The notes under the pieces were generated by a model. That model was not told the DNA's origin and did not search any database. It worked only from the letters and a program-made list of their open reading frames with translations. 64,000 bases of DNA from Massalongia carnosa. Its lineage: Eukaryota. Below are positions 1 through 14,237 of this stretch, one piece after another. A program made the position numbers and the translations under genes. The first letter of the stretch is position 1. The number at the start of each line of letters is the position of its first letter. The stretch lies in the NCBI GenBank assembly GCA_965645245.1, contig OZ287071.1, positions 930,001-994,000 on the forward strand, given 5' to 3'.

Positions 1-1482
1 ATCATTTGAGGGCAGGAATTCAAGATGAGTTCTCGAGCAGAGAACTTACACAAAGTATCAGGAGCAGTTGGCGCGCCGCATCTCCACCTTAACAAGTGCT
101 CGATCATCTCCAGTCGGTCATCACCCTCCACATACTTGAACACATCATCGATTGGTTGACCTGCATTTCCCATGATTCTCCAACCATCTACATCACCTTC
201 CCAAGGATTGGTAACACTATCGAACCACCCGGGCTCGTCAGATCCGGGTATAGCTGAATATGCCCTACTATGCGAGAACATTGCCGGATGGATGGGTTGT
301 TGTGGTAATGAGACATTTGCTGGATCGCATTCCCCGGGAAGAAGAGTTATCGGAATTGACGGGAGGAGAGTAGCAAGAAAGTTATCAAGATGAGCAGTCG
401 GGACGGGGTTGTAGGCGGTAGCGTCGTAGCCGTATTTCTTATTGGCTTTCTTTTCTGGCAAATCATCCCGAGAGGTCAGGAGAATTCCTTCGCTTATGGA
501 GTTTCCTGCGATGAAGAGCCGTGAGATTTTGCACACTTCTTTCTGGATGGAAGGGCCGCACGCTTCGCCGAGAAGATATTCCATGAAAAGATCAAGGGCT
601 AGGGTGTCCGCATGATCTCCATTGAAACCCAAACCGCTCACGATTGCTATTTTTCCGCCTTCCATCCGGCTTCCTTCCGCCTTGATTTTGCTTTTCTTAT
701 CATTACTAGCTAGTGCAACTGAACCATCATCTCGTTCCCAGCGCTGCGGTTGTCTGGGAAGGTCGGGAATCTTCAAATCCAGAATCTCAAAATCTCCGTT
801 TGCATTCTCAGTTCCCATAACCGCTATAATACAACCCGTAACGAGCATGGATATTTGTAAAGGTGTTCCAATTAGTCGAAGGCGTCCTGATTCGTCCTCG
901 AGCATGGTCTGGTCTTGACCGGACGGGGAGACATATTTCGTACGAGGTGGAGGTGCAGAAATCCAATGCTACGATACATTGAGACATTTTACATGCAAGT
1001 GGTTTTGGAGGGGTACTGAACCTACGTCCTTCGATATATCGTCCAGGATATTAGGCTTCAATGGCATGTCCATGTAGACTGTGCCTGCAACCCAGCAGAG
1101 CTCGCCCTGCCTAACATCAAGTACCCTATCAACGCGACGTACGCTCTCGCCTGCTATCTGTAATCCTCGCACCAGTCATTCCAGTAACCTTAGCGAAGGA
1201 TACTCACCTCGAAATCCTTCCAGCTTTCTTTAGCAATGGCTTCTACGGCAGGCTTAAGCTTTGCAAGCCGGACATAATACATGTCTCCATATTGCTGCTG
1301 ATAGTGCTTCTGGTCACCTTTTGCAAGCCGAAAGGTGTGGAGGGGGTTGTAGGAGGACAAATGGCGATGAAGGGTGGGGTATTCCTGGCCTCTTAGAAGT
1401 GGTGAGTCCTAGAAGACGAGGCTAGGTAGATTATCACTTACGATGAAGGTTGTAAAAGGTCACTAAAATCAGGTTGTTTCAT
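1..1482 (-). CDS. POL31: DNA polymerase delta small subunit (Pol31/Cdc1), intron-containing, 3' end outside window
   Basis: Manual minus-strand translation gives YKQQYGDMYYVRLAKLKP, ELCWVAGTVYMDMPLKPNILDDISK, MLEDESGRLRL, LIIAGNS, PGECDPANVSLPQQPIHPAMF and VTNPWEGDVDGWRIMGNAGQPIDDVFKY. ATG at 1482; GT-AG introns present. Confidence 0.9.
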
Positions 1483-1562
1483 TGCTACCTCGTTTCCAGA
1501 CCTGAGCAGGCAGATTTGATACTGCAGACGACGGTGATAACTTACATACCCCAAAAGACGTG

Positions 1563-1575
1563 ACGCGAGTCGCGT
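1563..1575. promoter_or_regulatory. Pair of MCB-like (ACGCGA/TCGCGT) cell-cycle boxes upstream of POL31
   Basis: ACGCGAgTCGCGT lies ~80 bp upstream of the ATG of a replication gene. Motif match only. Confidence 0.35.
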
Positions 1576-2294
1576 TGAAATGGTTAGGTTTAATCACGTG
1601 CATTATCCACTTCTTTATTTTCAAGACGTGCTGATATGCAAGTCTCAGCGTATTTTCAGAAAAACCTCAAGTGTAGTCATTTAATATAATTATAGTTAGA
1701 TTAGCTAAAGTGCAATGAGACAGATACAAATGGCTCCTTAGGCCTAAGGACTTTCATTATCAAAAGACATAGCTGTTCCTTGAACACATTATAGCTTCTA
1801 ATGCAAGGTCAAAACAAAATTGTTGGACTAGCGTAGTTCCTGTTACAACTTAGCCTCGAAGGAGATAATCAAGTAATAAGTTGTCCTCTCATCAATAGTC
1901 CGCCTGGAATAGCTTGTTCACAGACAGGTCTGAAAGATGGAGATGTCTCCGCCTCGTTAATGCGCAAAGTCCCACAGTTTCTCGCTCAAGAAACGGGTTC
2001 TTGTACCCAGGGGATTGGAGACATTGGGTTCTAATCTAGCGTTTAGCTTGTGATCTACCAACAATGAGGGATGCTGTTGGAGATGTCGTGTGCCTGTTCA
2101 GAAACGCATGTCGCTACCATATTCGAGTATCTAAAACGGAAACCATGTAGCAAAAGGATTCCTTTACCTTGATCAATACAACCTAATGCTGGTGCTGTAC
2201 TTTGCCTACTCTAACAGATATCAATAGAGTAGAGTACATATAATACAACATACCCAAACTCCACAAATGTCTCGGCTCCGCTCAAAGCTTCTCC

Positions 2295-5200
2295 TCACGG
2301 TTCAATCGTTTGCAGATGTTTCACTTGCCATCCGTCTTGCTCCTCAAACCATTCTTTCCTCTCGCCAAGGATCGCAATGCTGGCCTTGCTCATTCCTTCA
2401 ACAAGATATTTCTGCGCAACTGCATGAATATCCCTCTTCTGAACGTCAAGGAGTTGCTCTCGTTTCCTTTGCTCCATTTCTTGGTCTACTTGGCTCAGGA
2501 ACCTTGTCATACCCTCGTCGCTTACGCTTTCAGGGGCATCAATTCCTTGAAAGACGCTTATTTTCGCCTCTTCTAGATCTTGCTTCGACCATTCCTTTTC
2601 TTGAGCCCAGCGCCCTGCATCCTGTATTATTTTTAGTGTATTCTTTGGGTTAGGGTCGCGGTAGCTATAGAAGCCAAAAATGCCAGATATACCCCGTGCG
2701 TATGCACCACCACCGTAGGCACCGCCCTTTTCGCGGATCTCATGATGTAAATGTTTGTGGGTGAGAAGCTGGGACAGAATTTGGAGCGGTGCACTATCAG
2801 CATGAACGTAAGGAACAGTGGACAGGGCAGCCCCAGAATAGTAAACTTGGTATGGAAGGGGAAAAAACGTTCTCGAGCTGAAGGCGTCTCCGGGTATGTT
2901 TGGTTTGGGGCCAGGTATATCTGCTGCTGAAGGAAGAGTTGAAAGAAACGTTTGAAGAGCCGCTTCGTTGAAAGCAGTTGACTCATGTCCACACGTAATT
3001 GCTGTCCGAAGATTGGCAGAATTTGAGATTGCAAACTGCTGTATGACTTTAAGCTTTGAGATAATGTCCCCCAATCCCTCAAAAATTGAACGCCTTGCAA
3101 GACTAGCATAGTACTGAATATGTGTTAAGCCGCTACTCTGTTCATTCAGTAGGCCCTGCGGAGTTAGATTTGTTTCCGCATAACGTCGTGCATAAGAATG
3201 TCCAGACCCCGCTATGGTATCCAAGGCACTATTAACATCGCCTTGCAATAGCTGTAAAATCTGGCTTTCGGCGTCGGCCCCATCGAAATTTGTTTCCTGA
3301 AGTATCATCCGGAGAATATCATACATTTGAGGGATATTTTTATCAAGAGCACTGCCCGCAAACAGCAAACCCTCCATCGATTCAGTCAGTTCCTGTGGCG
3401 AGGTCGATGCATAATAAGACGTTCTGATACTACCAGTTTTTAGCTTAATAAAGTCTTCAATTTCTTCCATTGTCTTCTGTTTTGTACCAAGCCGCATAAT
3501 AGCATCAGTGAAAAGTGGAATAAGTAACCTCAAATCTGAAGGAAGCCCGTCGAGCCTGTTGATAGCTTGAAAGTACGTCAACCCGTTTGTATCTGCTTCT
3601 CTCCATTGAATTTTGGTATCCCTTATGACTGAGTCTCGCGTTGCCTTATTCCCAACTCTCCGGGGAATGTCCTGTAGGTGAACTGAAGGCAAGCAACTAA
3701 GATCTTGATTACTCGCAGTCTCTTGATCCTTGAGTAGTTCAAGTTCTCGTGACTCCAGATGCTTCCGGGCTTTGATTTCACCACCAAGCGTTGTAGACGC
3801 CTCTGATATTTTTAGCGCCAAACGGGCGTTCTCGTCTGCGACTAGATCATCTCCATATTTTTCCGAGGGCTCCATGGTGAGAGTCAAGGTATTATCGTTT
3901 AATAGATACTTTTGGAGTAGGCTCTCAAGATATCCTCCTTGCGCAGAGCGCTGCTTGAACGATGTGACGGTTTCATCCCACGCAAGTGCGTCAAAGGGGT
4001 CAACGCCGTTAAACCAGCCGGGCTGTAAACGTTGCATCAAGTCAATACCAAAAGTAGCCGTCTTATGCTTAAGAGCAAGCTCAAGTTGGTGAAGTAATCC
4101 ATCAACCTTACCGCTATCAAATCCCTTACGGTGGACTTTAAGCAGCGTAGTACTGATGACCTCCTTTACCTTATCTATGTCTCCCCTTTTTACCCCACTT
4201 AGCCCAATTGAGAATAGTCCAACCTTTCCGGCTGCATCGTACCCGGTGTTCGGACTCCAATCCGGACCTAGACCGGCTTCGATAAGATTTTTATGGAAAG
4301 GTGAACCATAGCCGTCAAGTAGCAGCGAAGCCATTATAGCGAGGGAGAATTTTTCCAGCACGTTCGACGTATCACCCATCAGCCAAGTAGTGGATGTCTT
4401 GTACTGCATATCTCTATCCACCAAAGGGTCCACAGGGCCTCTGACAGTATAGCTTAAAGGGCCATTAAGTAGACTTATTGGCACCTTGATTGTCTTGTCT
4501 ACATCGGTTTTTTCAAATTGATCCAACCGCTGGCCAACTTCAAGTAGATGGTCGGCAAGAGGGATGTCTCCATAGGTAAATAGCTTGGCGTTGCTAGGGT
4601 GATATTTTTGAGCATGGAATTCTTTCAGATCCTTATATGTTAAGTCGGTCATCTTCTGAGGGTCTCCGCCAGAGTTGTTAATATCAGGGAAGATATGGTC
4701 TTGAAATTTAGTGTAGTATAAATAGCTTGCGTCCGAAATCTGACCCTTCATTTCATTATACACCACCCCTTTGAAAACTAGCTTAGTATCTGAACCATCT
4801 ACAGCATTTTGATCCACTGCTAGAGGGTTCTCTGGGCCTACCCTCCATCCCTCCTGGGCAAAATCAGACTCATTAAGCAGCGGATGTAAGGTAGCATCTA
4901 GATAGACCGACATCAGATTACTAAAATCCTTTCGGTTTGTCGTTGCAAAGGGATAGGTAGTATGATCCGCAGAGGTAAAGGCATTCATAAAATTGGAGAG
5001 AGAGCGTGGTAGCATCTTGAAGAAAGGATCGCGGATGGGGTATCTGCGGTTTTTGTTAGCGAGCATGACTTTCTCCCAGACACCAATCTGAATACTTCTC
5101 ACTTCCACATAATGTCGTATGTTCGAGTATGTGGGGCACGCCAGTGTCATCTGGGGGATTAGTCTTAAAACCAATGGAAAAGACATTATTCCTGTCGTCC

Positions 5201-5442
5201 CTGGCCACATGGAGATATTCAGCCCCTGTTTTATTATGTTGTAGATGAACGGCCGTAAGTTGTAGTTCAGGTATGTGCTTTGTACGCTGCAAAGTAAACC
5301 CACAAAGCTGTTCTCCGGGCTTTGAATGATAGCCTGAATTAGATAGGGTAGCATATCTTGGACGTTGCAAAGAACGCAGAGAGAGTGAGTTCGAATTTGT
5401 AAGCCAACCAAAGGGTCTTCTTGGTAAACGCGAGCGCAGCAT
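2295..5442 (-). CDS. CYM1: Mitochondrial presequence protease (pitrilysin M16C family)
   Basis: Exon 1 has the presequence-like [10 protein letters not shown] and the inverted zinc motif [16 protein letters not shown]. After one intron (~5048-5093): [51 protein letters not shown]. Confidence 0.95.
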
Positions 5443-6087
5443 TTTGGCGACAGCAGCGAAAGTGCCGCCGTCGGTCAAGCTCCTGATATTCTGGGAGGGC
5501 AGGAGGGTTAGTTCACTTCCCTTTTATTGGAGTTTCCGGTGTTTAGTCAGCAACCTGCAAGATTCAGCGGCAATCTAAACTCTCTACGCTGTGGGTTTCT
5601 ACCAACCAAATGTAAGTATTCAAATGTAGAGATTTTAGGTCATTCCTTGAAGGAAATTTACAAAATCATTTGTACCTCTAGGCTTCGCATTCAAGTATTG
5701 TATTGGCGTTGAGCACCGTGTTGGTTGGCGCGAGTTGAAGGACGGACTTTCGAGATCAAGAGTGGAAAGCTCCGAATGAGCCAGCACTTCATTTGGACTA
5801 ATCTTTAGTACTGCCTGAACTCTAGGTGCCAGCAGCTGACTCCAGTGGTGACAAAAACGCTGGATACTTCACCAGCAGAGATATTTCTCTTCTGCAGCTT
5901 TCAGACTGCCCACGGCAACAGACCCTGTTCAAGCTTGAAACGCGACGAACCACCAAGCCTACTACAACATTAATACATAAAACTGTCACTACTCAGAGAC
6001 CCAGCTATTACAACGTACACATCTAGATATTTAGCTACAAATAGAAAGAAAAGAAGCATCCAGAAAAATCTCAGTATTACGTCAACT

Positions 6088-8024
6088 ATGGCAGGGGCCA
6101 ATTCTCAGCCTCCTATTGCGTCTCCTGTTACACGCTCGTCACCACTTGTTAATGGTAGCACCGCCGTGGATTATCTTAATGGTCATGGTGCTCTTCCCGA
6201 CTCACCAGCGTCTAGTTCTGGGCTCGCGCCTCCAACCTCGAAGAAAGGAAAGAATAGGAAAACTGCGGATCCGAACGAGACGGGCAAACTTCTTGCTGCA
6301 AAAATAAACCAACTAGAGCTTGATGCTGCGGGCGATAAGGAGCAGGAAGCTGAGATTGGTACGTACCATTTCTCCTGCTGTTTCTCGTTATGTTGGCAGA
6401 CTGCGCTGCCTTCTCTTGACAGAATATAAGAGTTATGGGTTCTCCTATAATATATTGAGAATTGTGCAGGGATGTTTGGAGTGCTTTCTTTACATTGCCC
6501 AATTATTTTGCTTATGGGTGCATAAAGCAGCTCAAGCTGACGAAAGTGCCCTTTGGGCGTGTCTATGATATAGAGCGTGAAGTAAAGAAAGCAACTCGGG
6601 ACCTCTCCAGCTTACTCCATGGTATGGAATCCCCTCTCTTACGCCTCGAGGCTGTACAGAAAAAATATACGGAACTTTTGGCAGACATGAAAAGGCTAGA
6701 TCGAGAGAATGTCAAGAGTAAAAAGCGCGCGGATCAGTTGCAGAAGGAACGAGACCACGGGCGCTCTGAACTGAGTAAGACCGTTAGCATGAAAGAGAAG
6801 CTGGAAAAGTTGTGCCGGGAGTTCACTCGGGAGAATAAGAAGGTGAAGGTGCGTGTTGGATGAGCTCACCAGTTGGGGTGTTGTGAGCTAAGAATCAACT
6901 GATTGGTGATCTTCGACTCAGGACGAATACAAGAAACTGGAAGATAGCGAGAAGAAAAGCCGTGAAAGTTTAGGTGAAAAGTTTGAGGGCATTCTTTGGG
7001 ATGTAGAAGGCGTCATTGAGCAGACAGACAGTCCAGAAAGTCAAAAAATGAACATCGAAATGGATGAGCTGTACGTTTTACCAAACAGCAGATGCCTCTG
7101 GATGGACACTGATATTTAGTTTTGCAGATTTCGACTGAAATTCAAATCTTTCGTTGAGCAATACGAACTTCGCGAGCTTCACTTTCACTCCCTCATGAGA
7201 ACCAAAGAATGCGAGGTCCAGTATAGCCTAGCGCGCTTCGAGCAGCAGCGAAAGCTTGCGGATAATGAGGCGACCAGATCTCGTACCTTAAGCGCACAGG
7301 TCTCAACCTTCTCTCAAACCGAAACTGAGCTTCGAAGCCAGCTGAATATCTACGTGGAAAAGTTTAAACAGGTACGCCCCTTAACCCCCCCGCTTTGAAC
7401 ATTTGAAATATTGCTGTGCATAAAGCAGTTTTCATTTAACATAAGAGTACCTTATGATCATTAGATACAGTTATCAAACTTTAAGGTAATTTTCTAATGC
7501 CACCCCAATCTCAGGTCGAAGATACCCTCAACAACTCCAACGACCTCTTTTTGACCTTCCGCAAAGAAATGGAAGAGATGTCGAAAAAAACGAAGCGCCT
7601 CGAAAAGGAGAATCTAAATTTAACTCGAAAACATGACCTCACGAACCGGAATATTCTGGAAATGGCCGAAGAGCGAACGCGGGTGAATAAGGAAATGGAA
7701 ACCTTGCGCAAGAAGAACAATACCCTCGAGAGCGTCATCCGTCGCATGCAAGACCAAGGGAGAGCGCCAGCAGCAGGGAATGTAATTGAAGGTGATGAAG
7801 AAGGCACGGAAAGTGAATACGAGGAGGAGGAATACGACGAAGAGGAGGGCAGTGAAGAAGGGGGGGAGTACGATGATGACACTGAAGAAGAAGCATTGCA
7901 AGCGCAAGTCGGGACACTTCCGACCTTCGGTCCAGTGCCTCCACCCCCGCCATCGACTCAAGCCCAGATCAATGGCAAAATTCATACTGAAGCAAACGGG
8001 GTCAGGGCAGCAAAATTTGTTTGA
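6088..8024 (+). CDS. Taxilin-family coiled-coil protein (multi-exon)
   Basis: Exons encode KEKLEKLCRE, YELRELHF, ELRSQLNIYVEKFKQ|VEDTLNNSNDLFLTFRKEMEEMSKKTKRLEKEN and an acidic C-terminal tail. Confidence 0.85.
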
Positions 8025-8200
8025 CAAGTCCTGTACGTCGTTGGTGAGTAAATGAAAGGCTGTGTCCCCAGGGTCTTACCAGAATGGCAACCCTAATATG
8101 CCTCATGCTTGGAATTAGCATGTAAAGAGTAGCTGAAGGGGATCAGAGCATTCGCGGCATCGACGCACATCAATCAGGAAACTGCTTTGTCCATTTATCT

Positions 8201-9259
8201 TTACAGTTTGCTTTCTCGTCTCCCTTCAACATAACCCTGCCCCATTCTTAGCATCCCGACTGCTTCTATAACCATCTCATCGATAATCTGCTTTGCAGGT
8301 TTAATATCGTCGATCACAGCAGCGACCTGCCCCATCAGAAATGGAAAATCCACATCTTCGCCGTCATCCATATCCTTCTCCATTGGCACCAACCCCTGTT
8401 CCGTCAACTCCTTAATCTTCTCCTCCTTCGTCTCCCACGCAGCAATGTACTCATTCCTCTTTACCCTCAACGGCCGTCCAGTAACCACCAACGTCTTGAC
8501 CGTATCTTCCCACCCTGCCCCCATCACAGCCTCCTTGTGCATCCGACTCGCCGCCGCCTCCTCGGAGGCCACGAATCTTGTCCCGACCCAAACCCCCACG
8601 GCGCCCATCATCAGCGCTGCGGCTAAGCCCCTCCCATCCCACACTCCTCCCGCCGCAACTACCATTCCCCCCCTACCCCCAAGCATCTTAGGCCTATACT
8701 TCCGTGCCACATCCACACAAGCTGGCACTAGGATATTACCTGCTACCTCGCCCGTATGCCCGCCTCCTTCCCCGCCCTGCGCGCACACCACGTCCACGCC
8801 AGCCGCAAACGCCTTTTCGGCATGCCTCGGCAAACCGACCATATTCATCACCACCACACCGCCCTCATGCAGCCTCTCCACCACCCGTCGCGGCGGTACT
8901 CCCACCGCGCATACGAACAGCCTCGTTCCCTCCTCCACTATCACCTCTACCAGCTCATCCAACCGGCCTCCCGTGTAATCGTGATTTGTCTTCCGCGCTC
9001 CAGCCGCCAACGACGGCAGCGCGAGATCGACGCCAAAAGGCAGCAAGGGGTGACGGAGCGCGAATTTGAGCTCGCGGATCATGGCGCGGAGCTTCTCGGG
9101 GGTATAACCTAGGCCACCAACGACGCCGAGGCCGCCGGCGGAGGAAACGGCGGCGGCGAGGGGGGCGGTGGAGACGTGGGCCATGCCTGCTAGCAATATT
9201 GGGTGAGTGATGGAGAGGAGGCCGCAGAGAGGGGTTGTGAGAAGCAGGCCAGGGGCCAT
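8201..9259 (-). CDS. Nitronate monooxygenase / 2-nitropropane dioxygenase family
   Basis: HPILLAGM, LAAAVSSAGGLG, CAQGGEGGGHTG, VAAGGVWDGRGLAAALMMGAVGVWVGTRF. Likely ATG at 9259. Confidence 0.9.
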   Translation of the reverse strand: MAPGLLLTTPLCGLLSITHPILLAGMAHVSTAPLAAAVSSAGGLGVVGGLGYTPEKLRAMIRELKFALRHPLLPFGVDLALPSLAAGARKTNHDYTGGRLDELVEVIVEEGTRLFVCAVGVPPRRVVERLHEGGVVVMNMVGLPRHAEKAFAAGVDVVCAQGGEGGGHTGEVAGNILVPACVDVARKYRPKMLGGRGGMVVAAGGVWDGRGLAAALMMGAVGVWVGTRFVASEEAAASRMHKEAVMGAGWEDTVKTLVVTGRPLRVKRNEYIAAWETKEEKIKELTEQGLVPMEKDMDDGEDVDFPFLMGQVAAVIDDIKPAKQIIDEMVIEAVGMLRMGQGYVEGRRESKL

Positions 9260-10559
9260 TTTGTGGGAAAGCGGGTTTGGGAGGCCTGATGGGGAACCCT
9301 TGTTTGTAGCTGGGTCAGGGATGGGGTGGATTTGAAGTTCTCGCGTCGAGAAGCGATGCTGACCGAGGTCATGGTTCAAAAACTGAATGGGATTTCGTCC
9401 TTAAGGTAGATCAGTGACTCCCGTGATGGTTTTTTCATGGTTCCTTCCTTCCTAAACGGATAATATCGCAGGTAAGCAATGTATCAACGAGCCGAGGTTT
9501 ATATGCGCACCTTACATCACCCAGCGGAGAGTAGGGCTCAGCCCTTGCACTAATCCATTTCTGCATCTAAAGTGGCACTAGGTATCATACTACAGGTACA
9601 ACTAGTTATACAATATACAACGCAACTAGCCGCTATATTAGGGAGTAAGACAGCTTCTCCTGGGTTTCTAGGCGTAAATACAACATTCAGTACACTAAAG
9701 CTCTATTTCAAAGCTACTCGTATTGTTTAGTTGTTTTCTTACATGAGAACCACTCCGCTTCTCCTCCGCTTCAGCCCGCCAGCCACATTGCTGGTCGATC
9801 ACGAGGGCCTGCCGGATCAAATCGGGGTTACTCTCTCCAGAGAAGGCCACCGACCCCCTTTCGTGCCCCTTCAATAGATCATTAGGTATCTCTTTATCAA
9901 TGCAATCATTCTCCTTGAATTCCATTTACAATTTCGGAAACAAACCCCTTAGGTCCATTCAGGGCCATATCATGAAAATTTCCTGCTCGCGTTGGCTGGT
10001 ATCGTATTTTCTTTTACTCTGCTCTCCTTTAGTGATTTGCTTTCGCTATATGGTATCTAAGGGGGTGAGGGGGTGGATTCGAGATCTAGCCAATATGCGT
10101 GGCTTGGCGCTTCCTTGTATCATGCCGTGCGCCACATGTGTGCTTCCAAGCCTTCTGTCTACAAAGCACTCATTCTAGATTAGACGCCCCTTTTGCATCC
10201 CTGTAGGTAGTAACATGGATTTTGCTGCGAGTAAAAAGAGAAAAGATTAGGATGGGCTTGAACAAGGAGGAGCAAAACCAAAACCTACATCGTCGCAGAA
10301 ATAAACAGGAGTGGGTAGGGTGGAAGTTCGGGGAGATTTATCGAAAAGCCACTGCTCTATATCTAGGCGAGTGTAAAAATTATTCAGTCCTTAAACGGCA
10401 ACGAGCAGTCTTGAGAAAATTCAGCAACATATCCCATCAGACCCCCCCAAATATAGAAAAGCTGCATATCTTCATATATCCTGCCCCCTTCTGATATTAT
10501 AAAATTACATCATTTGTATCCAACCTCCGTTAGCGCCTGATGCCCCCCTAAAAGTTCCC

Positions 10560-12842
10560 TCATCGTACACTCCTTGCACTAAGGCTCGCAAATGCATCGG
10601 GACTGTGCCGTCCAAGTTGGAACCCCCCAATATCAACGCCTTCGTGACTCGCGTTTCTTCCCACGCCGTTTCCGTTCATGGTCCGAGCCCCACCGCCGGC
10701 AACGTTTATGGGTGCTGGTAAGGCGGCAGACGCAGTGCTTGAAGAATTTTGATTAAATGGGTTTCTGCTACCTGAGGAGAGTTGCAGGGGCATAGTGACG
10801 CTTCTTTGCGCTGGCTTTGGGGTAACACCTTCGGAGAGGGTGGGTAAGGGGTCGATTTTGGTTGTTAGTGCTGAGGAAGTCTGATTGGCGGAGTTATCGT
10901 ATTGGTAGGCGGTGGCTTGAGAGGAAGGAGCCAGATGTGGGTAATTGTATAGGGCCAAAATGCTGGATTTGTTGATGCGGCCGGTTTGTTGGGGCTGAAG
11001 AGGTGGCGGTGTGTAATCCATATGTTGGGAAATCTGTGGTGGTAAGTGAGGTGTGGGTTGAAGATTCTGAGGGTTATGCTGGTTTAGGGAGGGTTGTTGA
11101 ATGGCGTAGGGGTTTGACTGTAGAAAGTTTTGCGGTTGGGTGGTGGGTTGAGCGTATACTATGTGTGAATGGGTTTGCATCTGGATTTGAGATTGATGAT
11201 GTTCTGGTTTTTGCAGCTGTGAGTAATTATCCGGGAATGGCGAAGAATGCCCGTTGATAGACTGCTGAAGTGTACCAGCTTGATTGGAAATCTGTGTGGT
11301 TGCATAAGGATTATACAACGTTCCAAAAGATTGTTGCTGAGAGGCATTTGGGAATGGGCTTGAAGGCAAAGATGATACCTGCGGCGCTGTGAAAAATGGG
11401 TTATAATGAGCGGTTTGAATTTGCGTGTGTTGCGCGTACGGGTTAGATTGAAAGTACTGATGAGGGACCTGAGGCACAGGAGGGGTCATGGATTGCTGAA
11501 GTCGTGGTTCGGAAAGGGGCTGGGGTTGGCTCGGATATCCACCAGTGGCATTAGGAAATAGGGGTTGCGATATTTGCATGCCCTCGAAAGCCCTTTCCAC
11601 ATTGTATGTAGCACTTTGTGGCTGGGAAGTCTCAAGTGCATTATATAGTTGGGTTTGGAAAGGGTTCAAAAATGGGACATTGCCCGTATCCCGGTCTTGT
11701 GGCTGAGCAAAATTTTGAGTTTTCGGTGGTCCACCGTAGCTGGCCTGCGGTAGTGGAGCTGGCTCATTGGCTGCGGCAGAAATTCCAAAGGCCAGCCCCG
11801 ATTGCTCCCTGTTGAAAAGTAAAGGCTGGCTGACTGCGATATTTCCGCCTTGCATCGACGTCCTTGCCCCTGAAGTGGGGGCACTTCCTTCTCCCAATCT
11901 GACAAGAGACTCGATTGCTTGCTCAAGATTGCCACTTAACCCTTTTAAAACATTCATGTTGCGTTTTTCATCCGGGAACCCCATATCTCTTAACGTAGCC
12001 AATTTCGATTCCAAGTCTTCTCCGCCGCCACCTACGCTGACACCAAATACCCGAGATTGTTTATTTACCCGAATAGGTGACGAGGGAAATCGATAGCCAT
12101 TTGGATCATCAGGGGATCTTGGAGGAGAATTGGAGTCTAGCTTCGATGACGTAAAAGCCGATGATCGAGATCGCAGTCCAAAACCAAAACGTTTCCCAGG
12201 CTTGGGTGGTAAAGGAGGCGGCTGATCGTCCGAGCTACGGGTGCTATCAGAATCCTGGCGCTGAGCTGCACGGGCGGATCCTCCAGAGAAGATTTGCTGG
12301 TCATATTTCTGCCTTATAAACCTCTCCAATGCCGCATCTACCTCATCGACATCAAGGGGAATCGCTGGCTTGGTATTTTGAGGATTGTAGATGCGGTTGG
12401 AATTGACATTTCCATTCCGCTTCATGCTCTAAAGCTAACATCAGCACCAGCATAATTATCGGCTTAGAAGCTCTTACATCAACTTGATCATTTGACCAAC
12501 TATCCATGCTCAACGATTTGACCTTTGATATGTGCGTCCCAAGCTTCCGATGGAGAGAGGCGCATCGCATGCACAAAAATATTCCAAGCTAGAAGCCACG
12601 GCTGTTAGCAACTGCTATATCTATACTAAGCGCTCCGAATGCAGTTGATAGCTTACACTCCAGCTTGCCCATCCTATGGAGGAAGATTTAGTCTTTACTA
12701 CATACCGGCAGACAGGGGAAAAGATACCTGGGTTTCTGGCCTGGCACTCAGCGCATCTATCATTTCCAGGTACTGTTTTAATCAACTCTTGCAAGGCTCT
12801 TTCGTTACGCGCCTGATGGCGCTTGCTCAAGGAAGTTGTCAT
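10560..12842 (-). CDS. ArfGAP + UBA domain protein (Gts1/Ucp3-like)
   Basis: Exons encode GNDRCAECQARNP, WASWS and CMRCASLHRKLGTHISKVKSLSMDSW (ArfGAP zinc finger), the UBA-like LATLRDMGF...GNLEQAIESL, and a Q/P-rich tail with NPF/NPY motifs. Confidence 0.88.
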
Positions 12843-14237
12843 AATGGGGTTCAGTCAGAGTTGTGGACTACTCCAAATCCACATTCACCACGATTCCTTA
12901 CTCTAATTAGTCATTCAATGAAAGGAGGCTTGCGTAATTTAGTGATATGTAATACATAGAAGAAATAGGCAACACTGTCCTATGTACGAGCGCAATATAA
13001 TATGCTCTTCATCGAAAAGGAGAAATGTTGACGATGGTTGGCAGAAAGACCAGACACGGCCCAAAGAACCCTAATTCGCTAGTGGGTAAGCGCTAGTCCT
13101 TTATTGGCTTCACACATTGTCCAATTAAAGGAAACCTCCGGCACCGAGTTTTCATTTAACTTATGTATGAGTACTCCGTATTATGTGTCAATACATCTTC
13201 AGCCTTTTGCTCTTTAAGCAGCCAACAGTCAACCTATGCACGCCTCGTTGCAGAGATTTTGGACATGAGTTGCTACAGATTGAATACGGCCTATTACTAA
13301 TCATAACTAGCACCTCTCAAAGCAAACCAAGATTTCCATTGTTACATGTATCGAAAAAGGAAGCTTTTGAAGTCCGATTTAGCCCTCTGGTCATGTCAAG
13401 CCAGAAGTATGGGGCTGCGGCCTAGCATTTCATTCGAGTATATCTCAAGATATGGCTAACCCAAAGCTCACGTAATATGTTAGCACTATAAGCCCTTTTG
13501 CTTATTTGGCGTTTTATGTTAGGATAAGATTCGGCATTGATCACTGTTGTTTCATTGACCCTAAGTTCCGGGTTATAGTCCATATTCTGCTTTATCTGGA
13601 GTTTACACCAACACTTATTGTATTGTGGCGGATAAGCTGTTAAAATTCTCCAAACGTTTAAGCGCCTGATCTATGTCATATATCTGGTTATAAGAATGAT
13701 TGAAAGGAATGGATTAAGATCTCAACGTCTTCAGGGATTGCGTTTTCACCTACGGTTCCGTTCTTGGTGGTATAATGAGGGCCTGCGGGAACAAACCTCT
13801 TCTCCATTGGAAGAGTGAGACGAAAATAATATTTGCGATGTTAGAAAGCCAACACAACCATCTCTTTGCACAAAAGGCCTACTACACAACGAATTCCGAA
13901 AGTTAGAAATAATGCCTTGGGAGATTTGGTCACATCGCTAATGTGGCAGATCGCCTTACCTTGAGCGATTTACTGCCTGGTGGACCCAATGGAGGAGGCT
14001 GGCAAGCTATGCTTTGAAAGTATTCATTAGAGTAACGATTGTTATGAATGAAGACTTTATTGCTCAGCAAGGTGATCGCAGAGTCTAGTCTATGGCATTT
14101 CCTTAAGAAATATTGATTGCAAGGTATCATCTATGAACTTATGCAATAGAGAAAGACAGCAACAATATCGAACCTTGTCCCTCCACAGACCGTCGAGGAA
14201 GATAACCGTCCAGGCAGGCAATTGTTAAGTCTCAACG

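Noticed and set aside
2295..5411. 1038-aa ORF taken as the true CYM1 N-terminus
   Set aside because: Its first ~120 aa are off-frame read-through across the intron; the real exon 1 is in the 5056..5478 frame containing HILEH.
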